Shown here in pieces: positions 51,397 to 64,000 of a stretch of DNA of 64,000 nucleotides. The translations under genes and the position numbers were made by a program. The notes below the pieces were generated by a model. That model was not told the DNA's origin, searched no databases, and saw only the letters and a list, made by a program, of their open reading frames with translations. Origin of the DNA: an uncultured Chlamydiae bacterium (GTDB taxonomy: Bacteria > Chlamydiota > Chlamydiia > Chlamydiales > SM23-39); contig CAWHDP010000001.1 in assembly GCA_963828125.1 (NCBI GenBank), positions 128,001-192,000 on the forward strand. Reading direction: 5' to 3'. The number at the start of each line of letters is the position of its first letter. The first letter of the stretch is position 1.

Positions 51397-53373
51397 TCAT
51401 TTTGCAAGGAGTTTTACAACTCCGCTGGTGATTTTTGCATGCTCGCTCTCCACCTCTTCAAACGAGACGGTCTTGCATTTGTCCCGATAAATAAAGCGGA
51501 AGGTCGCATTTTTTTCTTTTGCGTCATCCGGCAAATAGAGATCGATCAAATCGACCCGCTCTAAAAGGGGTGTATTGAATGAGTAGATGGCCTGAAACAC
51601 CCGGTCGATCGGGATCTGGAGTTCGAGCGGCACTGTCCAATCGCGCTCGGATGAGGGAAATTGAGAGAGCGGGGCGATTTTGAGGTGGTGTTTTTTCATT
51701 TTCAGCAGATGGAGAAGATGGAGTTCGGCGTATAAGACCCGCTCCTCAATCCCGAATTTTTCGAGGAGCGAGGGGTGCACTTCGCCGAGCGAGCCCACGA
51801 CCCAATCGCCCATATGGATATCGGCTTGCCGCCCCGGGTGGAATGCGATATGCTCGGAGGGGTGATAGGCGGCTGTCAGAAGATTTTCGATGATCCCTTT
51901 TAAATCGAAATAGTCGATATCTTCCGCCTTGTGACTCCAGTGGGGAAGGGTCCGTTTCCCAGTCAGCAAAATGGCAGCCATCGGAATTTCAACGGCTCTC
52001 CCCTCCTGAAGGAAGTGGATTCGGCCCATCTCAAATGCGGAGATATTGTGGTTTTTTTGATCGATATTTCGTTTGGCCGATTGCAAAAGACCCGGCAGAA
52101 GCGAGGTGCGTAAAATGGAATATTCTTCAGACTTGGAATAGCCCGCCTTCAGAAAACCCATCGCTTCGGGAGTGATGCTCCGGCTGATATCGGCTAATTT
52201 TGGACTCATCAGATCGCATGATATAAACTCAACCAGACCCAGCCCCGCTAAACGGCGCCGCATCTCATTTTCAAAGAGAAAAACGGGGTCGCTCGGAATC
52301 AGCGAAGTAGAGCAGTAAGGGACCGATTTTTCGATGTTGTTGTAGCCGTAGATTCTCGCCACCTCTTCGACCAGATCGATCTCCTCCGAGAGGTCGGTCC
52401 GATAGAGGGGGATTTCAGCCCTCCCATTTCCCGCTTTAAATCCGAGCCGGACAAAAATTTCCTCTATTTCCGTCTCGGAGAGTTTGGTTCCAAGGATCTG
52501 GTTGATCCGAGCGGCTCTATAGCGGATCTCTTTCGGCAAAAGGGGGCCTTTTTTCGAATCAGCCACCCCCAATATTTTGCCGCCGATCATCTCAGCCGCA
52601 GCAAAAAACGCCTCTTCGAGACCTACAGGGTCAACCCCTTTCTCAAAGCGTAGGGAACTCTCTGTCCGTACACCGATTTTTTTCGACGCGGCTCGAATGG
52701 AGATCGGATCAAAACAAGCCGCTTCAAGGAGTATGCGGGTCGTCTTTTCCGAGACGGCGCTATTCTCCCCGCCCATAATGCCGGCAATGGCTACCGGTTT
52801 TTCTCCGTCGGAAATCAGTAAAGTCCCTGCGGGAATCTCCCTCTCTATCCCATCCAAACCTACGAATGCGAGCGGCCCTTTTGCAGAGCTGACCTCGATC
52901 CGATCCCCCGCCAGAAGATCGGAGTCGAACACATGGAGCGGCTGGCCCCACTTTAGCATGATGTAATTGGCTGCATCGACCGCGTTATTGACCGATTTTT
53001 GCCCGCACAACTCCAACTGTTGTTTCAGCCAAAGCGGCGACGGGCCTACTTCGACCCCTTCGATCAGGCAGCCCATGTAGCGGGGACAAAGAGAATCGTC
53101 TTGTATGACCACCTTTTTTTTAAGCGTCCCAAACGCTCTACGGACTGCCGGTTTTTGCAGAGGAATTTGGAGCGCTGCTGAGAGCTCCCTCGCTATTCCA
53201 AGCGCACTCATGCAGTGGCCGAGATTGGGAGTGAGCGAGAACTCTAGGACGGGATCGTCTCCCTCCTCGATGAGGTCCAATTCGACACCGAGAAGGGTGA
53301 GGGTTTCGCCGATCTGGATCGGCGTCAACGCAAGTTGAATGAAAGACTGGATCAACGATAGGGTCAATTTCAT
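51397..53373 (-). CDS. pheT: Phenylalanine--tRNA ligase beta subunit, short form
   Basis: LTPNLGHCMSALGIARE, GQPLHVFD, RFEKGVD, DLVEEVARIYGY, FHPGR. Confidence 0.95.
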   Translation of the reverse strand: MKLTLSLIQSFIQLALTPIQIGETLTLLGVELDLIEEGDDPVLEFSLTPNLGHCMSALGIARELSAALQIPLQKPAVRRAFGTLKKKVVIQDDSLCPRYMGCLIEGVEVGPSPLWLKQQLELCGQKSVNNAVDAANYIMLKWGQPLHVFDSDLLAGDRIEVSSAKGPLAFVGLDGIEREIPAGTLLISDGEKPVAIAGIMGGENSAVSEKTTRILLEAACFDPISIRAASKKIGVRTESSLRFEKGVDPVGLEEAFFAAAEMIGGKILGVADSKKGPLLPKEIRYRAARINQILGTKLSETEIEEIFVRLGFKAGNGRAEIPLYRTDLSEEIDLVEEVARIYGYNNIEKSVPYCSTSLIPSDPVFLFENEMRRRLAGLGLVEFISCDLMSPKLADISRSITPEAMGFLKAGYSKSEEYSILRTSLLPGLLQSAKRNIDQKNHNISAFEMGRIHFLQEGRAVEIPMAAILLTGKRTLPHWSHKAEDIDYFDLKGIIENLLTAAYHPSEHIAFHPGRQADIHMGDWVVGSLGEVHPSLLEKFGIEERVLYAELHLLHLLKMKKHHLKIAPLSQFPSSERDWTVPLELQIPIDRVFQAIYSFNTPLLERVDLIDLYLPDDAKEKNATFRFIYRDKCKTVSFEEVESEHAKITSGVVKLLAK

Positions 53374-53426
53374 AGACGCCCATTTTACCCTTTTCAAATT
53401 TTGTCGGAAAGAGTATTTTTTGAGTC

Positions 53427-54572
53427 ATGATCACAAACAAATTTAAATTCCTCACTTTGGCCCTCATTTTTAGCGGGACGATCAACATCGGCCTCATCGC
53501 CGCTTTTGCCTATTTTCGCTATCAGGAGACCTCGATTCCCGTTGCCCGGGCTGGCCACAAAGAGGCGCTCGCGACCAACAGCCAGATTTTTGCCTCCATG
53601 TCGCGGCTCACCTTCCGCGAACTCGTCAGCTATCTCACTAACCGAGATCTTGTCGAAGAGGGGTATATGAAACGGGATCTTGCGATCGCCGCCCTCGTCG
53701 CTTATCACCATTTTAACCTCGAAAAAGCTCTATCGGCCCCTCCCGCTCAAGTGAGGACGATTGTCTTGAACAGCGGTCAAACCATCGATGTTTTCCCAGG
53801 ACTGACTGAGGAGCAAGTGGAGGCGGTCATCCGCTTTGCCTACCAAGAGAAGTGGCCCCTCACTGCCAAAGGACTCTTTGCCCTGCTCCAGAGCGGGCAA
53901 TCTGTTCGCGATGAAAGTTTGGAACACGCCTTTCTCCTCACTTCCGAATTCTACGCGCTCCAACTTCTGTTTCAGAAAACCGGCGCTCCCGAAGAGCCCC
54001 AAATTCTTCTCAACCTAGCGCTCGACGGGAGCTGGGATCTGCTGGAAAAATTAGCCCGCGAGCAATCACAATGTCTCGATTTCTCGGCGGAAAAGCGGAG
54101 AGCCCTCCTCCTCAGCTATCTCACTCTCCATTCTCCGACTGCGGCCCAGCTCCTTCTCCGGACCGACTTCGCCTTCGCCCATAAACGGCTCGAGGATAAA
54201 ACGGTTCTCGAACTTCTCGCCCTTTTGGGCAAGCAGACCGAAGAGGGGACGAAATTTTGCATTGAACTTCTCCGCTCGCCCCGCAGCGACGCCATTTGGC
54301 AAGCGGCTGCCATGACCCTCTACGCCTACGCCGGGGAGCTCCCCGCCGCCCCCATCGATCCGAAAGCGGTTCTCGCCCGTTTTTCTTCCAACGAAGCGCC
54401 TCCCCAACCAGCCCCAGCTACCGCCCCCTCCTCCCGCTTCCACGTGGTGAAAGAAGGGGAGAGTCTGTGGAAGATCTCGCGGCAATACAAGGTCAAAGTG
54501 GACGAGATTGTCAAATTGAACGGGTTGGAGAAAGATTCTTTGTTTCCAGGCATGACTTTGAAACTTCCTTAA
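53427..54572 (+). CDS. Membrane-anchored LysM-domain protein
   Basis: N-terminal TM; C-terminal HVVKEGESLWKISRQY..NGL..LFPGMTLKLP. Confidence 0.9.
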   Translation: MITNKFKFLTLALIFSGTINIGLIAAFAYFRYQETSIPVARAGHKEALATNSQIFASMSRLTFRELVSYLTNRDLVEEGYMKRDLAIAALVAYHHFNLEKALSAPPAQVRTIVLNSGQTIDVFPGLTEEQVEAVIRFAYQEKWPLTAKGLFALLQSGQSVRDESLEHAFLLTSEFYALQLLFQKTGAPEEPQILLNLALDGSWDLLEKLAREQSQCLDFSAEKRRALLLSYLTLHSPTAAQLLLRTDFAFAHKRLEDKTVLELLALLGKQTEEGTKFCIELLRSPRSDAIWQAAAMTLYAYAGELPAAPIDPKAVLARFSSNEAPPQPAPATAPSSRFHVVKEGESLWKISRQYKVKVDEIVKLNGLEKDSLFPGMTLKLP

Positions 54573-54588
54573 ATGGCCAATGTTCAGC

Positions 54589-54798
54589 TTAAGGAACCGG
54601 ATCTGAACCGCCGCGATGAAGCGGATGGCATCGGCAGAGCCGCCTAAAGAGGAGCCAGCTTCCTCGCATCGCCCCGTGTTTCCGGATCGCCTCAACCCCA
54701 TATTCGGAACAGGTGGGGAAGAAACGGCAACAGTGGCCGACAAAGGGGCTGAGCGCCGCTTGGTAGAGATGAATAAAAAAAATCACAACTGTTTTCAC
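54589..54798 (-). CDS. yidD: Membrane protein insertion efficiency factor
   Basis: CRFFPTCSEY, RRLCRCHP, GSDPVP. Confidence 0.93.
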   Translation of the reverse strand: MKTVVIFFIHLYQAALSPFVGHCCRFFPTCSEYGVEAIRKHGAMRGSWLLFRRLCRCHPLHRGGSDPVP

Positions 54799-54809
54799 GA
54801 GACCAGCAT

Positions 54810-56369
54810 ATGAAATTTGAAGAATTCCTCAAAGAGTTTGTCCCTCAGGCCGCCCGGAAATCCAAGCAATTAAATCAAGCTTACTGGATTTTGGAGACCA
54901 CCGGCTCCTCCGACGCCGCCGATTTAAAAGGAGAGCTCGATATCGAGTTCCGCCTCCTTTTCAACAGCCCAGAAATCTACAAAAAACTGCTTGCCTGGGA
55001 TCGGGAACCACACGATCCGATCGCCAAAAGAGAGCTCAACGTCTTGATTCGCGCCTTTAAACAGAATCAGATCCCCAAAAATCTCCTCGAAGAGATCGCT
55101 CAAAGAGAGGCCCTGCTCGCCCAGAGTTATGCCAATTTTCGCCCAGAACTCGACGGCAAACAGCTCTCCGAAAACGATATTTGGGAATGGATGAAAAAAG
55201 AAAACAACCCAGTGAAACGGAAAAAAATCTGGGAGGCGTCAAAGCAGATCGGTCCTCTGCTTGCCCCCCAAATCCTCGCCCTTGTCCGATTGCGCAACCA
55301 ATCTGCGCAAGTTCTCGGCTATTCCGACTATTTTCAAATGCAGCTCGATTTGCAAGAAGTTGAGCCCAAGTGGCTCTTGAAGACGCTCGAAGATCTCTCT
55401 CTTCAGTCGGAGAGAGCCTATTCAGAGGTTCTTGCCGAGATTAAGAGGCTGCAAGCGGAACGGTTTGGTACGAAGGAGCTGGGTCCTTGGGCCTGGAGCG
55501 ATCCATTTTGCCAAGAAGATCCTCTCGATTCCGAAGAACTCGATCAACTCACCGACGGCGTCGATATCGCTCAAACAAGCGCCCAGTTTTACCGAGAAAT
55601 GGGGATCGATGTGGAGCCGATCCTCTCCCGGAGCGACATGTATGAACGGCCCGGCAAAAACCAACACGCCTTTTGCATCAATCTCGACCGGGAAGGGGAC
55701 GTTCGAACCCTCAACAATGTCAAGCCCTCGATCAAATGGCTCGACACCGTCCTTCATGAACTCGGCCATGGCATTTATGAACTCGGCTTCGATCAAAAAC
55801 TCCCCTGGCTCCTCCGGGAACCGCCCCACATGATCACAACCGAAGCGATGGCCCTCATCGCCGGCAGACAAGCCCACCGCTCCGAGGCCTTGGCCCGCCT
55901 CGTCGGGCCGCAAAAAGAATCTCTCCGGAAAAAAGCCGAGAAGAGCCTCCGCCGCTGCCAGCTCATCTTCAGCCGCTGGGTCCTCGTGATGAGCGCCTTT
56001 GAAAGCGAGCTTTACCGCGATCCCGATCAAAATTTAAACCGCCTCTGGTGGCAGACCATAGAAAAATATCAAAAAATCGCTCCCCCCACAAACCGCGACG
56101 CCCAACCGGACTGGGCCTGCAAGTACCACATCGGCCTCGCTCCCGTCTATTACTTCAGCTACCTTCTCGGGGAGATGTTTGCCTCGGCCATCCAAGAGAC
56201 GCTTGTCCATGAGACCGGCAGCCCCAACCTCTCCAACCTCAAGGCTGGCCAGCTCCTCAATAAAAAACTCTTTGGACCTGGTAACCGGATGCCCTGGAAC
56301 GAACTCGTCGAACACGTCACCGGCGCCCCCCTTTCTCCCAATGCCTGGGTGAAAGAATTTGCAACATAA
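54810..56369 (+). CDS. M2/M3-family zinc metallopeptidase (start may be ATG 54830)
   Basis: RPGKNQHAFC, LHELGH, TEAMA, HIGLAPVYY. Confidence 0.9.
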   Translation: MKFEEFLKEFVPQAARKSKQLNQAYWILETTGSSDAADLKGELDIEFRLLFNSPEIYKKLLAWDREPHDPIAKRELNVLIRAFKQNQIPKNLLEEIAQREALLAQSYANFRPELDGKQLSENDIWEWMKKENNPVKRKKIWEASKQIGPLLAPQILALVRLRNQSAQVLGYSDYFQMQLDLQEVEPKWLLKTLEDLSLQSERAYSEVLAEIKRLQAERFGTKELGPWAWSDPFCQEDPLDSEELDQLTDGVDIAQTSAQFYREMGIDVEPILSRSDMYERPGKNQHAFCINLDREGDVRTLNNVKPSIKWLDTVLHELGHGIYELGFDQKLPWLLREPPHMITTEAMALIAGRQAHRSEALARLVGPQKESLRKKAEKSLRRCQLIFSRWVLVMSAFESELYRDPDQNLNRLWWQTIEKYQKIAPPTNRDAQPDWACKYHIGLAPVYYFSYLLGEMFASAIQETLVHETGSPNLSNLKAGQLLNKKLFGPGNRMPWNELVEHVTGAPLSPNAWVKEFAT

Positions 56370-56403
56370 TCGCCCAATCAGATACACTTCCCCTTCATCC
56401 TTT

Positions 56404-56487
56404 GCGAAAGTGGCGAAATTGGCAGACGCACTACCTTGAGGTGGTAGCGGGAGCAATCTCATGGGGGTTCGAGTCCCCCCTTTCGCA
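56404..56487 (+). tRNA. tRNA-Leu(GAG)
   Basis: CTACC-TTGAGGT-GGTAG anticodon arm; long variable arm. Confidence 0.95.
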
Positions 56488-56519
56488 TCTCACACACACA
56501 AAATATCTTCCACGTTTTT

Positions 56520-56592
56520 GCACCGATAGCTCAATGGATAGAGCACTTGGCTTCGGACCAAGGGGTTAGGGGTTCGAGTCCCTTTCGGTGCG
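56520..56592 (+). tRNA. tRNA-Arg(UCG)
   Basis: CTTGG-CTTCGGA-CCAAG anticodon arm. Confidence 0.93.
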
Positions 56593-56945
56593 ACTTTTCT
56601 CGCGTCTGTGTGAGAAATGCGGGTTAGACTCTCGAGCATTCAGAAACTTAAGAAATGACGCTCGATTTATTTTTTTTGCAATTTTCATAGGGGAAAATCA
56701 CCTCCGATTTTTAAAAAAGTTGCACGAAATCTTCACTTTCAGGTATGTTCTACCTTGTTCTTTTTCACTAAAGGCGAAGAAGAAAGAGAGTAGCAAGACT
56801 ACTTAAGATTGTATCTGGAGCGGAAGACCTCAGCGTGCTGGGGGAACCGATAAAGATATTTTGACAGCAGAAGAAGAGAAGAGTGTTTTGAAAAAGAACA
56901 AGCTTGTGTAAGGTCAACTGACCTTACTCGTCAAAAGTAATTAAT

Positions 56946-58495
<1,550 letters not shown>

Positions 58496-58592
58496 TAAAG
58501 AGAAATGGGAACTCACTTCGGTGATCCCATAGGTTGAAAGCTTGTTCCGATCTCCACTCTTCTCTTTTTCTGCTGTCAAAGACTTGTCCGGC

Positions 58593-58665
58593 GGGGACTT
58601 AGCTCAGTTGGTAGAGCATCTGATTTGCATTCAGAGGGTCAGGAGTTCGAATCTCCTAGTCTCCA
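58593..58665 (+). tRNA. tRNA-Ala(UGC)
   Basis: TCTGA-TTTGCAT-TCAGA anticodon arm; in the 16S-23S spacer. Confidence 0.95.
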
Positions 58666-58670
58666 TAAAT

Positions 58671-58744
58671 GCGGTTGTAGCTCAGTTGGTTAGAGCGCGA
58701 CACTGATAATGTCGAGGTCCCAAGTTCAAGTCTTGGTAACCGCA
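58671..58744 (+). tRNA. tRNA-Ile(GAU)
   Basis: CGACA-CTGATAA-TGTCG anticodon arm; in the 16S-23S spacer. Confidence 0.95.
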
Positions 58745-58888
58745 TACAATTTTTAGATAGTCGCGTCTTGAGCGCGGCGAGTTATTTTGAAAGTTTGAAT
58801 TACAGGCATTAACACGATAACTATAATTTTATAGATCATTTTTTTTATTAATTTGAGTCGGCGCTTGAAGAAGGCAACAAAAATACGT

Positions 58889-61830
<2,942 letters not shown>

Positions 61831-61904
61831 CATTTTTTTCGAGTCTTTTTCAAGAGCCGATTCAAGAGAATAAGAAGAGTAAATGCCTGTAATTCAAAAT
61901 TTTT

Positions 61905-62018
61905 TCTGGTGGCCATAGAGAGGGGGAAATACCTGATCCCATCCCGAACTCAGAAGTCAAGACCCTCGTCGCCGATGGTACTAGTCTCAAGAGACTGGGA
62001 GAGTAGGTAGCTGCCAGA
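61905..62018 (+). rRNA. rrf: 5S rRNA
   Basis: CCCATCCCGAACTCAGAAGTCAA, GCCGATGGTAC, GGGAGAGTAGG. Confidence 0.97.
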
Positions 62019-62027
62019 TTTTCATCC

Positions 62028-62063
62028 AGCCCTGATTAAAGCAATTTAATCAGGGCTTTTTTT
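62028..62063 (+). terminator. Intrinsic terminator of the rRNA operon
   Basis: AGCCCTGATTAAA-gcaa-TTTAATCAGGGCT plus T run. Confidence 0.9.
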
Positions 62064-62089
62064 TGGTCATTCAACATTGACAACTCACT

Positions 62090-63972
62090 CTATTTTCTCA
62101 GCAATCGGAGGCTATTCAAGCCGACGAGGACGGTTCCCCCTTCGTGGAGGAGGACGGCCATCCAGAGGGGGACGAGGCCGAGGAGGGCGGGGATAGTGGC
62201 GAGGAAGATGACGCTGAGGGCGAGGGTGAGGTTTTGTTTGACAATACGCAAGGTCTGTTTTGATTTTTTGAAGAGCCAGCTCAAAAGGTGGAGATCGTCA
62301 TTCAATAAGACCACATCTGAAGCGTCGACGGCGGTTGCGCTACCGATCCGTCCCATCGAAATGCCGACGGTGGCGCGGGCGAGAGCTGGTGCGTCGTTCA
62401 TCCCATCGCCCACCATCGCAAGTCCCCCATTGGCAGAAAGTTCGGCGACTTTATCGAGCTTGTCTTCGGGTCGTAAATGGGCGTAGATTTCAGAAATGCC
62501 CAGCATCCCTGCTACATATTTCGCATTTCTTATATGATCTCCAGTCAACATCACAACCCGCAACGGCAGGCTGCGGATCAAGCGGGGGATTTCGGTGCGG
62601 ACTTGATCTGTAAACTGGAATAAATAGGTTTTTCCCGGAACAACAAAGCGGCGAGCACCCCCTCCTTAGCAGTTTCGACTCCGATGAATTCAGGACGTCC
62701 GATGGCCACCCGTTCGCCATCCACAGTCCCTTCCACTCCAAATCCAGGGATTGATTTAAAGTCAGCAATATCAGCCGGCAGGATCTTTCTTTGTTGAGCG
62801 AGTTTACAGATCGCGGCGGCGATGGGGTGGACGAGCTGTCTTTCGAGGCCGTAAGCTGCGGCGAGGGCCTCATCTGGGCAACCGACGGAAGTGCATTCGA
62901 GATCACCCGTGGTGAGGGTCCCTGTTTTGTCAAAGGCGATGATCGAGCAGCTAGCCAAGGCGTCAAGGGTGATTCCCCCCTTGAGGAGAATCCCCCTGCG
63001 GGCCGACGCGCTAATAGCGCTAAGATAGGCGGTCGGGGTTGCGATAATCAGGGCGCAAGGGGAGGCGGCGATGAGAAAAGCGAGGGCTCGGTAGATCGAT
63101 CCTTCGTGGCCGAGGAACGAGATCTGAGGGAAGAAGAGGGGGAGGGCAGCCGCAAAAAAGAACGTGAGGAGGATAATCGCTGTGGCGTAGTATTGGCCAA
63201 AACGGTCGAGCCACCGTTGGAGGCGGGGTTTGGCGTCTTGAGCTTGCGTGATGAGTTGAATGATCCGAGCGAGAGTCGAATCGGAGCTGGTTCGGTGCAC
63301 TTCGATGACGAGGGCAGCCTCGAGGTTGCGGGCGCCGGCGGGGACGAGATCTCCAGCCGTTTTCGAGACGGGAAGGCTCTCGCCAGTGAGGTGGACAAGG
63401 TTGACGGAAGAGATCCCATCGACTACTTTGCCGTCGAGAGGGACGATCTCTCCGTGTTTGACAAGGACTTTTTCTCCCACTTGGATTTCGCGAACCGATT
63501 TTTCATATTCTATCCCATCAGGAGCGATCATATGGGCGAATTTTGGGGCAATGTGATTGAGATTGTGGAGGGCGCTGCGGGCTTTATTCGAGACGGTCTC
63601 TTCCATACTATGAGAAAATTCAAAGAGGACGAGAAGGAGAGCCCCCTCCAATCCGCTATCGATAGCGACGGCGAGGAAGGCGGCGAGAGTCATGAGGACA
63701 TCGATGTTGATTTCTAGATTTTTTAGATCGGTGAGCGAAGCGATGAGGGCGGGAACGCCGGAGAGGAAGTAGACGAGGCAGAGGCAAAGAGCGGAGAGGG
63801 GCGGGTTGATGAACGAGAAGAGGAAGGCGAGGGCGAGGAGGCCAGCCGCGCTGCTGGCGCTTTTGAGCGAGAGATTTTCCCCCCATTTACGGGAAGAGGG
63901 GGTGAGAAAAGGGCTGATACTCTCTTCTTGCCCGGAAGAAAAAAATTCATCGAAAAGATAGGGCGTTTTCAT
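62090..63972 (-). CDS. Heavy-metal P1B-type ATPase (ZntA/CadA-like); apparent frameshift in A5 at about 62629-62633
   Basis: LTGES, SPCAL, DKTGTLT, HP, MLTGD, MVGDGMNDAPAL, HEGGT; adding one A restores the frame. Confidence 0.92.
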
Positions 63973-64000
63973 AGGAGCAATTGGGAGAGGAAATAGGCAG

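Noticed and set aside
62629..62633. CopA-style programmed frameshift or split P-type ATPase
   Set aside because: The break is in the middle of the cytoplasmic catalytic region at an A5 run and would give no sensible product; probable homopolymer error.
62791..63717. Long antisense ORFs (308 aa here; also 36772..37545, 46808..47527, 54066..54743)
   Set aside because: Opposite-strand shadows of well-supported genes, with no motifs of their own.

Overview
This window comes from a Chlamydiota genome, probably an environmental chlamydia. The evidence is the 16S 27F variant AGAATTTGATCTTGGTTCAG, tRNA-Arg(UCG) and a chlamydial-type gene set (kdsA/lpt, rluD/khpA, hemA, tandem ndk). It has two parts. 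(1) About 1-28550 is a visibly AT-richer, decaying accessory island. It holds a polymorphic-toxin locus: two inverted, signal-peptide-bearing Rhs genes with related HxNPHxH (Ntox24-like) toxin tips and very divergent TAATG-coupled immunity genes, plus two orphan alpha/beta-hydrolase toxin tips each followed by a lipoprotein immunity paralog. It also holds an AbiE-like type IV toxin-antitoxin pair with a palindromic operator and many IS remnants (IS701, IS3, IS1634, ISAzo13, IS21, IS256, group II intron RT). An ISL3 is interrupted by a complete IS66-like element that carries a 24-Cys passenger gene with a tesmin/CXC-like domain. A divergent ammonia-lyase/MFS/methyltransferase cluster lies near the island's end. 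(2) About 28600-64000 is core genome: rlmK-like, ndk x2, GT9, lptB, kdsA, rluD, hemA, asnS, nfo, rpsD, SNF2, pheT, five tRNAs, a complete rRNA operon and a heavy-metal P-type ATPase. Single-base losses in homopolymers in two core genes suggest some sequencing error. All family calls are by eye, without database searches.
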